A DNA stretch of 64,000 nt from NCBI RefSeq assembly GCF_035084215.1, contig NC_090328.1:92380001-92444000 (forward strand), read 5' to 3'. The position numbers were made by a program, and so were the translations under genes. The notes under the pieces are model-generated. The model saw only the letters and a program-made list of their open reading frames with translations, did no database searches and was not told the origin of the DNA. This stretch comes from Heptranchias perlo (lineage: Eukaryota). Shown here piece after piece: positions 12,668 through 24,430 of this stretch. How positions within the stretch are numbered: position 1 is the first letter of the stretch; the number at the start of each line of letters is the position of its first letter.

Positions 12668-13285
12668 GGGGGTTTTAACTCCGGGTTAAAAGCAGAGGGG
12701 AGGGGCACCGTAACTTCCCGTCTGGGAGTTCCCATGTTGGGCTCGGTTGATTTAAACAGCTGGGCCTCATCAATATTTTGCCGGCCAGCTGCTTCTTCAC
12801 TCCTGTTTTGGGTCAGAGAGCTGGCCGGCGAAATATTGATGAGGCCCAGCTATTAAAATCAACCGAGCCCAACATGGGAACTGCCGGATGAGAGGTTATG
12901 GTGCCAACGAGCATCAGGGAGCCGCCGACACTCAGATTAAGTCACTTGCGGGGGGGTGGTGTTCGGGAGATTGCGCGGGTTGGAAAGAGGGAGGGCGCTC
13001 TGGGCAGCAGAGATCCAAACTTTTCTTGTCAACCCAGAGAAGGACTCCTGATCTTCCTGGCCCCACAATGATACGTTTTGTCCTTATCTTTTGGGGCTTC
13101 CACCTCTGCAGGTTTTACTGGTCAGAACGTCCACAGTGGGCATCCCGATTTTCATATATTTAGGAGGCATCCATCTAAGTCAGGTGAACACCCCAGCCAC
13201 CCAGTGTTAAAGTGTCACGGGCGGTATCTGAATGTCAAAAAGTACAGCATGGTTTTAACTCCCATTCCGCCTGTTAAAATCCCCC
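12668..13285. mobile_element. Non-autonomous DNA transposon (Harbinger-type TIRs) with an internal inverted duplication
   Basis: Termini GGGGGTTTTAAC ... GTTAAAATCCCCC enclose a GC-rich non-coding interior. Confidence 0.65.
12727..12882. repeat. 64-bp inverted repeat with 28-nt spacer
   Basis: 12727-12790 versus the reverse complement of 12819-12882 shows 3 mismatches by eye. Confidence 0.95.
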
Positions 13286-14720
13286 TTAAAGCGATGGGGA
13301 CAATTAAAGGTGAATGTCAGAATATGTGGACAAAATTTCTAGCGAGCCCTAAAAGGCTATCAGCAGCCTTTGCAAAGGCTGAAGGGTGTAAAGGATTTAA
13401 GCAGCAGTTGGGCAAGATGAAGGGAAAGGTTCAAGCATAGTATGCAGGCAAGTGACAGAGCAGGCCAGCACCTGACTCCCTGTTTGAAAGCTGCTGAAGT
13501 CGAAGTGCATGAGTGACTTGTGAGGAGCGTTGCCTTCTCTGCCACTCCATTGCATCATCCCATAAGTTGGCACTGCAGTATGACTGCAAGAAGATGCAGC
13601 CAAATTTAGGCCACAGCTGACTGTTACTGTCCCTGCATGTGCAAGCCCTCTCCTGCATCGTAGCTGCAGGTGCCTTTACAGTACATGGCACAGCTCGACA
13701 CCTGCCTCTCTGCTGACCCAGAGCCTGAGAAAACAGTTCCCATCATTTCCCTTTGTCTGCATGGAAGGAGGTGGGCACTTCTTGCACTTGCCCCACTTCT
13801 GGCAGAAATTCTGACTGGCAAAAGGGACAGGGATCAAGTGTAAATGGGATCCGACCAAATTCCCTCCCCGCATCTGGATTCTGCCGTTTTCATGCAGAAT
13901 TTGATGGAGGAAATTCCAGACCTGTTTCAAGCGGGAGCCTACTTCTAACACGAATGCTCGTCCTGGCCCCACAAAAATCTTTCCACCACCGCTGGCCTGT
14001 CTGCATCCCCCCCCCCCCCCCCACCCCCGCGATTGCCTCCCAACCACTTTAATATCCAACTTCTGGTTTAGCTCCGTGGAGAAGCCACCAGATTTCCCGA
14101 CCCCCACCCTCCCTCCAATCGGTGAGCTGCCTATAAGTGTGAGTTCAGTGCTCGTAACTTAGCGATGAAATGTAAATGAGGGGCCTCTTGCCGAGAACAT
14201 CCGTCCAAAGGGAAAATCAGTCCCGCAGTATTTTGTTATAGGTGGATATTTTCTGAAAGCTAATAGAACTCCTAGAGCATATATTGTAAATATTTTTACA
14301 TTTTTAAACTTTTTATTCAATTAAAGAATATATTTCAAATTTGTATTTGTTGCTAATCTTTTTACTTACTATAACACAGTTAACTTGGTTCACAGATATT
14401 TATTTCTGTATTTAAAACCTCCTTTTATCATACAGAATACCTGCATATTGAAAGGACCACCCTTTGGTGGTCCCTGATGAATGTTATCAGAGTAAATTCA
14501 TCTTTATAAAGTCTAGTAACTACAGAGACAATGCTTTCAGATTTCTGCTGGCAACTTGCAGGTGTTGGGATGCTTCTGTGGTTTTTGTGCTTTAGCTTTT
14601 CAGGTAAACTTTGCTCTGTCTTTATACAGTTATCATAAATTTGTTCTGCCCATTGAATAATGTGGGGGCATTTTCTATTCTGCTTGTAGCCGCTTGAACT
14701 GGATTAAGATGCAAATTATA

Positions 14721-14878
14721 GGGGTAAATTTTCATCTTTATTGCATGTGCAGTAATGGGGGGATCACCCACCCAATATAAAACCCGGATGGTTTCCATTT
14801 CCATTGATTTCAGTATAACAGGAGGGCGATCCGCTCTGCCAGGTCACCGTCGGTGCAGTGAATACGAAAATTTACCCC
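14721..14878. mobile_element. MITE (Tourist/Harbinger-like), 158 bp
   Basis: Perfect 13-bp TIR GGGGTAAATTTTC/GAAAATTTACCCC, flanked by ATA on both sides. Confidence 0.9.
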
Positions 14879-14963
14879 ATAGTTTTTGAGGCCGTAACAA
14901 TGTCAGGCACAAACAATTTGGATTATTTTTTGTACCATAGGTGTTTGAACACTGATTTCATAT

Positions 14964-15144
14964 GGCACGAGTTTCCTTACAGCTTCTCCTGCCCCGTTGC
15001 TGGAACTTTGGCAGAAGTTTGGCTGAAACCCCGTTACTTTGTGTAAATGAGTGTGTGAATTTGTTCTGCCCGTTGAATAATGTGGGCCACATTTACACAC
15101 AGTAACGGCAGGGGGGCGAGAGACGCCCCGTGGAAATTCTTGGC
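14964..15144. mobile_element. Palindromic MITE
   Basis: Inner stem ccgttactttgtgtaaatg/catttacacacagtaacgg; the arms resemble 59952-60108 and 53269-53445. Confidence 0.65.
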
Positions 15145-15363
15145 AATGATTTCCGGAAAGTTGCTGGAGTCAGATTTTTCGTGATGCTGAAAATGTAGGC
15201 AGATAGTACAAAGGCTAACTTAAAACCAATGAGATATGAATGTGCAGGAGTTATACACGACTAATATCTGGGCCAATAATGCGCCCTGTGTAAAGCGACA
15301 TTACCTGTGCTGACCTTGTTGGATAATGCTAGGTCTGGATATTTGCATAATTTCGATGCATGT

Positions 15364-15828
15364 CAGCCATGGCTCAGTGGTAGCACTCTCAGCTCTGAGT
15401 CAGGAGGTTGTAACATCAAGTCCTACTCCAGAGACTTGAGCACAAAACCTAGGCTGACACTCCAGTAGTGAGGGAGTGCTGCACTGTCGGAGGTGCCATC
15501 TTTCAGATGAGATGTTAAACTGAGGCCCCGTCTGCCTTCTCAGGTGGATGTAAAAGATCCCATGGCACTATTCGAAGAAGAGCAGCGGAGTTCTCCCCAG
15601 TTTCCTGGCCAACATTTATCCCTCAACCAACATCACTAAAAAACAGATTACCTGGTCACTATCTCATTGCTATTTGTGGGACCTTGCTGTGCCCAAATTG
15701 GCTGCCACTTTTCCAACATTACAACAGTGACTGCACTTTTAAAAAAGTACTTAATTGGCTGGAAAGCAGTTTGGGATATCCTGAGGTCATGAAAGATGCT
15801 ATATAAATGCAAGTTCTTTCTTTTCTTT
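15364..15828 (+). mobile_element. Full-length tRNA-derived Deu-domain SINE (SacSINE1-like)
   Basis: Pol III A box TGGCTCAGTGG (15370-15380), a decayed B box (about 15413-15423), the central Deu domain, and an L2-like tail tatataaatgcaag(ttct)n. Confidence 0.9.
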
Positions 15829-16384
15829 CTTATTGCCCATTATGTGCCAGGAAAAATGTCAGGTGCTGGCAGTCAGTGAAGGGCTGCTGGCTGCCTGTTG
15901 TTTGCTTGGCAATTTTCCAGCATGAAGGGCCCAGGAGGGGTGGCAAGGGCCAGGGAAAGCAGGGACTTGTAAGCCATGCTGACAGGGGACTAAGAGTGCC
16001 AGGAGCAGAGTTGGGCAGGAAATTCTTCCCCACTTTGTGGCCTGCCCTTCAATGTCCGTTCCACAAGGAAAATGTGTGGCTGGAGCACTGCTCAGGCATT
16101 TGAGCTGCAATATATGGCAACCACCTAATTTAAATTCAACTTGAGCCTTAATAAGCCTTGTACCATCCATGTGTGTAGGCTCCCAGGCCCCTTGCGTTGG
16201 GACACACTGGGCACTTCAGATGCATTGTACATATCAGGTTTCTGCATCCAATTTTTTGGAGAGCAGACACCAGCCGTAAAACTATCTGCCCCACAACAAT
16301 GTAAGGTGTGAGTGTACTGTCAGTTTCTATTCAATATATACTGCTTTCTCTATATAAACCCCAGATATCTGAAGAATATAAGCA

Positions 16385-16600
16385 AGCATGGAACAAAAAA
16401 GACCATTTAGTCCATCAAGCCCTTCACTGTCCATATACAATGTATCCTATTATAGACTCCATGATGCAACCTAGTATTTGATTGGCTTTGACAATAGCTT
16501 TACATTGACGGGAAACTTTCAGCGAGTAATTACTAGTTACCCCCAAATTCCTTTCCTTTTCCACATTTGTTAATAGAGACTCAAATAGGACCCATTTAGC
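16385..16600 (-). mobile_element. Old CR1 fragment
   Basis: ORF 16424-16609 has ERNLGV...SLKVSRQC..IVKANQILGCI, with a decayed CR1 tail near 16390. Confidence 0.65.
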
Positions 16601-16739
16601 ATGTGCCATCCATGGGACTAGGATACATAGGAATGCTGGGCAGGCTTCTGACTACTTGCCCATGTTTCAAGCTATAGTTCCTGCCCAGGTGGCCCTTGAG
16701 AATCATCATGCAATGTCTACCAATTCATTGGATGCCTTC

Positions 16740-17188
16740 CAGAATGATAGTGGGGCGAAAAGGGTTAAATTATGAGGCCAGGTTACATAGACTGGACTTG
16801 TATTCCCTTGAATATAGAAGATTAAGGGGTGATCTAATTGAAGTGTTTAAGATGATTAAAGGATTTGATAGGGTAGATAGAGAGAAGCTATTTCCTCTGG
16901 TGGGAGAGTCCAGAACAAGGGGGGCTTAATCTTAACATTAGAGCTAGGCCGTTCAAGGATGATTTCAGAAAGCACTTCTTCACACAAAGGATAGTGGAAA
17001 TCCTGAACTTTCTCTCACAAAAAGCTGTTGAGGCTACTGAGATTGATAGGCAAGTGTTACAGAACCAAGGTGGGTAAATGGAGTTAAGATACATATCAGC
17101 CATGATCTAATCGAAAGGCAATACAGTCTTGAGGGACTGAATGGCCTAATTCCTGTTCCTATGTTCTTATTCCTATGTCCCTATGTTC
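16740..17188 (+). mobile_element. CR1 3' fragment
   Basis: LYSLEYRRLRGDLIEVFK followed by a (cctatgtt)n tail. Confidence 0.9.
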
Positions 17189-17229
17189 CACAAGAAGTGG
17201 ACACCACCACACTTCCCACCAGTCTATCT

Positions 17230-19500
17230 ACAGTAGCACCCTTTTAGCAATGTACATCCAGTGCCACATAGGACATTAGTCCACAAAGTTAGACGGTGGT
17301 GCACTTCTGATTTAGGTCCAAAATTGGCCAAAGCAGAGGAAGCAAAGGGTAGTTGTACGTGGAGCTGGATTAGCATTGAAAGAGTAACTAGCAGATGCTT
17401 CAGGAATCAGTGCTCGGACTGTTGCTGTTTACAATGTACATAAATTACTTGAAAATGCGGACAGAAACAAATTAACGGATGATATCAAATTGGGTGAGAT
17501 TACAAAGAATCAGGAACAGGTTGATCAACACGTGGATGTTGTCTACATGGAGTTTAGTAAAGCATTTGACAAGGTTCCACATGGCAGACTGGTCAGAAAG
17601 GTAAAAGCCCATGGGATACAGGGAAATGTGGCGAATTGGATCCAAAATTGGCTCACTAACAGGAAACAAAGGGTAAAAGTCGATGGATGTCTTTGCGAAT
17701 GGAAATCCGTTTCCAGTGGTGTGCCACAGGGCTCAGTGTTGGGTCCCTTGCTGTTTGTGGTATATATTAATCATTTGGACTTGAATGCAGGGTGCATGAT
17801 TGGCAAATTTGCAGACGGCACAAAAATTGGCCGTATAGTTGATAGTGAAGAGGATAGCTGTAGACTCCAAGAAGATATCAATGGGTTGGTGGAGTGGGCG
17901 GAAAAGTGGCAAATGGAGTTCAACCCGGAGAAATGTGAGGTAATGCACTTAGGGAGGGCAAACAGTAAAAGGGAATACGCAGTAAACGGGAATATATCGA
18001 GAGGGATGGAGGAAGTGAGAGACCTTGGAGTGCATGCGCACAAGTCCCTGAAGGTGGCAGTACAGGTAGATAAGGTTGTGAAGAAGGCATACGGAATGCT
18101 CTCCGTTATTAGCCGAGGTATAGAATACAAAAGCAGGGATGTAATGATGGAACTGTATAAAACGCTGGTAAGGCCACAGCAGGAGTAATGTGCGCAGTTT
18201 GGTCACCACATTACAGGAAGGACATAATTGCTCTGGAGAAAGTGCAGAGAAGATTTACAAGAATGTTGCCAGGGCTTGAAAATTGCAGCTACGAGGAGAG
18301 ATTGGATAGGCTGGGGCTGTTTTCCTTGAAGCAGAGGAGGCTGAGGGGAGACTTGATTGAGGTGTACAAAATTATGAGGGGCCCAGATAGAGTAGACAGG
18401 AAATACCTGTTTCACCTAGCAGAGAGTTCAAGAACTAGAGGACATAGATTTAAGCTGATTGGCGGAAGGATTGGGGGGACATGAGGAAAAACTTTTTTAC
18501 CCAGAGGGTGGTGGGTGTATAGAATATGCTGCCCGAATTGGTGGTAGAGGCAGGGACCCTCAACTCTTTTAAAAAGTACCTGGACCTGCACCTAAAGTGC
18601 AGTAAGCTGCAGGGCTACGGATCGGGTGCTGGAAGATGGGATTAGAATGGACACCTGGTTGTTCTTTGAGCCAGCGCGGACACGATGGGCCAAATGGCCC
18701 CCTTCTGTGCTGTATCTTTTCTATGGTTCTGTGGTTCTATAGGAGGACCTGGATAAATTGGAAAGCTGAGCTCACAAGTGGCAGATGTGATTAAATGTGG
18801 ACAAAAGCAAAGTCGTGAGATTGGGACGGGATAATGAACAGTAGCAATGTGAGCCAAATGATATTATTCTACAGAACACAACACAGGAGAGGGATCAGGG
18901 ACCCCAGTAGATCCATCAGAAGCCATTAGCACCATGTGTAGCAGCAATAAAGAGAGAAAATAAGATCGTGAGCTGTATAACCAGAGGAATAGAGCATAAA
19001 TCTCAAATGATTCTGAGTTTACACACATCTGGTCCTACTTGGAGTACTGTGTACAATTCTGGTCACTACATTATGAGAAAGGCATCTAAGTAGTGAAGAG
19101 CAACTAAACTGATAGCTGGCATTAGGCACCTGAGGTACAAGGAGGGACGTAGAAGTTGAGAATGTTTAAACTGGTGAATAGGTGGCTTAGGGGTGATAGT
19201 GAAACATTCAAGATCCTAAAGCGTATAGACAAGATAAGTGTCAAAATGTTGAATAAAGTCACAGATACCATAAGAGGATAGAACCTCAAACTAACAAGAG
19301 GGAGGGTAAAAAGGACAGTTTGGATTTAACTATTTTATGCAGATGGTAGTGAAGGTATGGAATGGACTACCAAGGGAGCCTGTGGGATATTACATCAGCA
19401 ACAAAAACTTGGTTAATGTCTTGGTGTAAAATCTGATAGAGGAGTTTGAGAGGTATCATAGGATACTGGGACCAGCCAAATCTACATTCCTGTGTTCCTA
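17230..19500 (+). mobile_element. Old CR1 copy, split by the younger CR1 at 17525-18738
   Basis: Decayed RT (gaatcagtgctcggactgttgctgtttacaatgtacataaat ~ SVLGxLLFTMYIN) lies before the insert and resumes after it (EDLDKL..HKWQM, ttggagtactgtgtacaattctgg). Confidence 0.7.
17525..18738 (+). mobile_element. CR1 LINE, 5'-truncated
   Basis: ORFs 17490-18188 and 18188-18484 give FSKAFDKVPHGRL, GVPQGSVLGP, KFADG and RRLRGDLIE; the tail is ttctatggttctgtggttcta. Confidence 0.95.
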
Positions 19501-20764
19501 TAACTGTATGATGTATATCTGTTCCAATATACATTATCTTATATTTATCTACATGAAAATCCATCAGCTATTTCTTATTCTAGCTGCTTAATTGATCCAG
19601 ATCTTTCCGAATGCAGTTTTGTGACCCTTTGTAGTGAAGGTGATATACTGTACCTCTTCCTACATCAAATGAATCTAATCTTTTTTGGCAGCTGAAAGTT
19701 CAATAATATCTAATGTGAATCAAAGGCATTGTGCCTATTTCATGTTAAAAAGATTTAAAACACTTAGACCATTGATCTAAAGTGCGCTACAGAACAGATA
19801 AAGCCAATGCATACATTTTATACCCCAATGCTTTAGTAATGGGTAACCAGCAAAGAGGCTTAGATGGGATGCCAGCTAAATTTAAATTTAACCTGCATGT
19901 ACAAAAAAAGACAGCTGGTTTCAACTCACTAATGACCAGACCTACCCCACAGTACGAAAACTTACTAAAGTACCAATTCTTTAAAAAAATCTATTCAGAC
20001 CTAGTGCTGGTGTCGTTCAGATTATTTACCGATAACAGAGAGTAAGAATGCAGATATGGCCACAGGTGCTGTGATACAGAGAGATATTCGCACCATTCAA
20101 TGAGGGTATGTTCAGCTTCCACTTAACTTGCACAATCCTTGCTCTATAAAACAAGTCCAATGTTACCCCAAACAAGTCAATAATCTTTTTCAAATCTCAT
20201 CTACATGCATGAATCCCTGCTTTATCTATTTATACTGTGGAGTAAAATGGAGGTAGTTGGTTAGTTGAACATTTGTTGCAACAACAAAAAACTCCTTTGT
20301 TTCTTGAGAAAGCTGCTAAACAAAACTTTTTCTGTGATTTATTAATAAAAACCCAACATATTAGAAATACACTTAATATTTTTATCATGGTATTGTACAA
20401 TGACACTTGCCAATAATCTTGATAAAGATGGCAAAAAGGGAAGAACGTGATTAAGAGAAAAACTGGAATCATGCTTCAAGCTATATTATATTACAGAAAT
20501 CAAGCACTCCCTGGAAATTTTTGGCATATGTCTTTTTTAACTTTTCAATTTTTGTAAATGTGTAGTGCACATTTAAATGTTACTGATAAAGTAGGTTGTA
20601 TCTTTATTAGTTTTAATTTATTAAGCAATATTTTGACACAAGCTGGGAAATCCACCGGGAACTCAGCCACCGCACCCCCCCCCCCACCCCAGACCACCAT
20701 TTAGATGCAGCAGGCGGGGAAGGAGAGGCCAGTGGTTGTCCCGGCAGAGTTGGGGAGGGGAGGT

Positions 20765-21928
20765 CTTTGGATTTTCAAAAGGCATTCGATAAGGTTCCAC
20801 ACAAGAGGTTGTTACACAAAGTTAGGTCTCATGGGATTGGGATAATATATTAGCATGGATTGAGGATTGTATAATGGACAGAAAACAGAGAGTAGGAATA
20901 AACAGGTCATTTTCGGGTTGGCAGATTATAACTAATGGGGTGCCGCGTGGATCAGTGCTTGGACCTCAGTTATTTACAATCTATATTAATGACTTAGAAG
21001 GGTGGACCAAGTGTAATGTATCCAAGTTTGCTGATGATACAAAGCTAGGTGGGAAAGTAAGCTGTGAGGAGGATGCAAAGACAATGCAAAGGGATATAGG
21101 CGAGAAGGTGGCAGATGGAGTACAATGTGGGGAAATGTGAAATTATCCACTTTGGTAGGAAGAATAGAAAAGCAGAATACTTTTTTAAAGGTGAGAGACT
21201 AAGAAATGTCAGTAGTCAGAGCGATTTGGGTGTCCTTATACACGAATCACAGAAAGTTAACATGCAGGTACAGCAAGCAATTAGGAAAGCAAATGGTATG
21301 TTAGCCTTTATTACAAGGGGGTTGGAGTATAAGGGTAAGGAGATCTTGCTGCAATTATATAGGGCTCTGGTAAGACCACACCTGGAGTACTGTGTACAGT
21401 TTTGGTCTCCTTATCTAAGGAAGGATATACTGGCCTTAGATGGGTTGCAACAAAGGTTCACTAGGTTGAGTCCTGGAATGAGAGGGTTGGCTTATGAGGA
21501 GAGATTGAGTAGAATGGGCCTATATTCTCTGGAGTTTAGAAGAATGAGAGGTGATCTTGTTGAAATTCTTAGAGGGCTTGACAGAGTAGATGCTGAGGGG
21601 TTGTTTCCTCCGACTGGAGAGTCTACAACTAGAGGACATAGTCTCAAGATAAGGGGTCGGCATTTAGGATCAATATGAGGAGGAATTTCTTCATTCAGAG
21701 GGTTTTGAATCTTTGGAATTCTTTACCCCAGAGGACTGTGGATGCTCAGACATTGAGTGTATTCAAGATTGCGATCGATAGATTTTTGGACAGTTAGGGC
21801 ATCAAGGGGAATTGGAATAGGGCAGGAAAGTGGAGTTGAGGTAGAAGATCAGCCATGATCTTATTGAATGGCGGAGTAGGCTGGAGGGGCCTTATGGCCT
21901 ACTCCTGCTCTTATTTCTTATGTTCTTA
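20765..21928 (+). mobile_element. HER1-like CR1 LINE, 5'-truncated
   Basis: ORFs 20874-21140 and 21115-21678 contain KFADD and RPHLEYCVQFWSP; a HER1 tail ends tttcttatgttcttat. Confidence 0.95.
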
Positions 21929-22291
21929 TAGGACGGAGGTACAGGTCGGGTGGGATGGCAGTACGTCTCATCTCCCACATTTTGCTTCATTCTCCAACAT
22001 GATCCTGCCTGATTTCAGGTGGGATCACGGAAGGGAATCCCAGCCACGGTGCTTATTGTAATTGGGGGCAGGTTTTGGGGCATTACTAAACACTTGGGTA
22101 GAGAGAAAAAATCAGGTGGTGCGCATCTCACGCCTATCACAGAGCTTGCCCAATTAAATAAATGGGCAGAAAATCAGGTGGGCTCCATTGCAGACATACG
22201 GCTCTTGCAGCCCAATCCAGGTGATTATTTAGACTCAAATACAAATCTGCAAAATCTGCCCCAACTCTATTTGTTATACAGCAAAATTGTG

Positions 22292-22620
22292 AAAGAATAA
22301 AGTAATTTGCATTTATACGACATCTTTCACATGTCCAGAACATCCCAAAGCGCTTCACAGCAATTGAAGTAGTTTTGAAATACAGTCACTGGTGTCATGT
22401 AGACAAAGGCAGCGGTGATCTCACAAACAGCAAAGAGATAAAAGAACAGATAATGGAATTCAAAGGGGATTTATTGGTAAAGCAAATCGGGTAGGGTGTA
22501 AAACGAGCAGCCGATTCACTATCAACCCTTTTCATGCTACTACCATTGACCACTTTCACCCCCCTAACTGTTTTAGTGGTGTCGGTTGGGAGATAAATGT
22601 TGGCCAGGACGCTGGGAGAA
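22292..22620 (-). mobile_element. Deu-SINE fragment interrupted by a short MITE remnant (about 22460-22565)
   Basis: Reverse complement of the SINE tail (ttgcatttata...catcccaaagcgcttcacag) and of the Deu domain (gataaatgttggccaggacgctgggagaa). Confidence 0.75.
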
Positions 22621-22751
22621 ATGGGAGAACCACGTGGCATGCTTAATCCCTGAGCCATAGAAATAACTGTTAGTTATGCATTTTAACATAATAATGTGTG
22701 GAGAAGAAACATCTCAATTTTATGTGATTTAGAGCAATAAAGAAAGATGCC

Positions 22752-23537
22752 CTTGTCCCCATTAAAACCATTACCCTCTCTCACCCTGGTCATTCCTCTT
22801 GGTACGGCCCTCATCTCCACTTCCTTAAGTCCAAGGGATGCAGACTTGAATGTTTATGGCGGACAACTGGTTTAGCCATTCATCACCAGATCTGGCTGGG
22901 CCACATAAAGCATTATTGGGTCCTGCTCTCCTCTGCCAAAACTACTCACTATTCCAGGATCATCCTGGAATGCAAAGATAATCCTTGGCTTCTCTTCTCC
23001 ACTAAAAACAGTCTTCTTAAACCCCTCTCACCTGCCTCCTCCAGCCTCACCTCCAACAATAAGTGTAAGGATTTCCTTGTCACTAATATTGAGACTATCC
23101 ATTCAGCTGCCTCTGTTGCTTCCCTCCCTTTCCCTAGCCCATCATGCCAAACTTCCCCTAAGTTTCCCCCCTGCCCTAGCCCCAATCTCGCATTTTTCTC
23201 TAGTTTCTTTCCTATCTCCCCATATGCCCTCTCCAAGCTCATCTTAACCAAGAGACCCAACTCCTGTTCCCTCGACCCTATTCCCACCAAACTGCTGACC
23301 ACCCAACTTCCCTTCCTGGCCCTCATATTAGTTGATATTATTAACGGTTCCCTCTCCTCAGGTACTGTTTCCCTCCCCTTCAAATCTGCCATCATCACCC
23401 TCCTCCTCAAAAAATCCACCATTGATCCCTCTAGTCTTGCAACCTATCGTCCTATCTCCAACCTCCCTTTCCTCTCCAAAATCTTTGAACGAGTTGTCGC
23501 CTCCCAAATCTGTGTCCATCTTTCCCGCAACTCCACG
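22752..23537 (+). mobile_element. L2 LINE internal fragment
   Basis: Plus-strand translation SCSLDPIPTKLL...[41 protein letters not shown]; same family as 35970-36730 (minus). Confidence 0.9.
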
Positions 23538-23540
23538 TTA

Positions 23541-23678
23541 CAGCATCTGACGATAGGTCTTCGACCTGAAATGTTAACTCTCTTTCTTTCTCCACAGATG
23601 CTGCCTGACTTGCTGAGCTTCTCCAGCGTTTTCTGTTTTTATTTCAGATTCCCAGCATCTGCAGTATTTTGCTTTTGA
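23541..23678 (+). mobile_element. Penelope-like element terminal (pLTR/3') fragment
   Basis: ctgacgataggtcttcgacctgaaatgttaactc...cacagatgctgcctgacttgctgagc.tctccagc.ttttctgtttttatttcagattcccagcatctgcagtattttgc matches my recall of elasmobranch Penelope termini. Confidence 0.75.
23547..23580 (+). ncRNA. Minimal hammerhead ribozyme core (decayed) in the Penelope terminus
   Basis: CTGACGA, stem II AGGTC-ttc-GACCT, then GAAA-tGTTA. The short palindromic stem III (AACGTT) is altered by a CpG-type C>T. Confidence 0.6.
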
Positions 23679-24089
23679 TTTAGTGTGCAAGCTATTGTTG
23701 TTGATATACATTATAAAAGGCTAATTTTAGTTTTGGTGTGCAAGTAAGAATTATAAAATACTCATATATTCAGTATATCAGTCCCAATGCTAAGGGTATT
23801 AGCAGATATCCATTTCAGCTGATAAAAATGTCTCGTTAGGCTCGAAACCAATCACTGCACATTCATCTATTTGCACAGTTTCTAGCAGTATTTCAGTCTC
23901 AGCAAATTTAATTGAACAAAACACTCACATCAAAAGAAAATGTTGTTCAGCCTAAAACCTGCAGCTGATTGCAAGACCTACAGGCTATTCCAGAGTTAAC
24001 ATAATTTAAAATATTGGCCTGGGATATCTCATCTAATGGACCAATCTCACTGGGTAGCTCAGCATTCTGTGTTCCAAAAGTTCACAAGA

Positions 24090-24430
24090 TAGATACTGCC
24101 GAGGAAGGCCATTTAGCTCATCCATCCAGAAAGAACTTGCAGTCCCCCAAACACAGCCTCCAACTGTTTCTTAAATGATTCAGAGTTTTTGTTTCCACCG
24201 CCCTATCTGGACGAACATTCCTTACATCAGTCATAAATTTGTCTTTTAATAGTTTGAATCTGTGTCCATTTGTTCTACTGCCATGTTTTAGTTTGAAGCA
24301 GTGTTCTGGATATACTTTTTCTATACTGTTTACTATCTCTATAAGATAAGCTCTTAGTCATCTCCTTTCCTGGGCGAAAAGCCCAAGTTTATCAAGTCAT
24401 TCCTCATATCTCATCCTCTGATGTTCAGGA
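24090..24430 (-). mobile_element. Old CR1 3' fragment
   Basis: Decayed tail gaaggccatttagctcatcc and the reverse complement of the LFSL..RRL region (tctcctttcc...aaaagcccaagttt). Confidence 0.55.

Noticed and set aside
14425-14610. Exon-like AG...GT segments and a GACCACCC (Gli-like) hairpin
   Set aside because: There is no coherent reading frame or partner exons, and the short palindrome could be chance or a transposon relic.
15364-15440. tRNA-like sequence
   Set aside because: It is the SINE head; there is no intact cloverleaf and the B box is broken.
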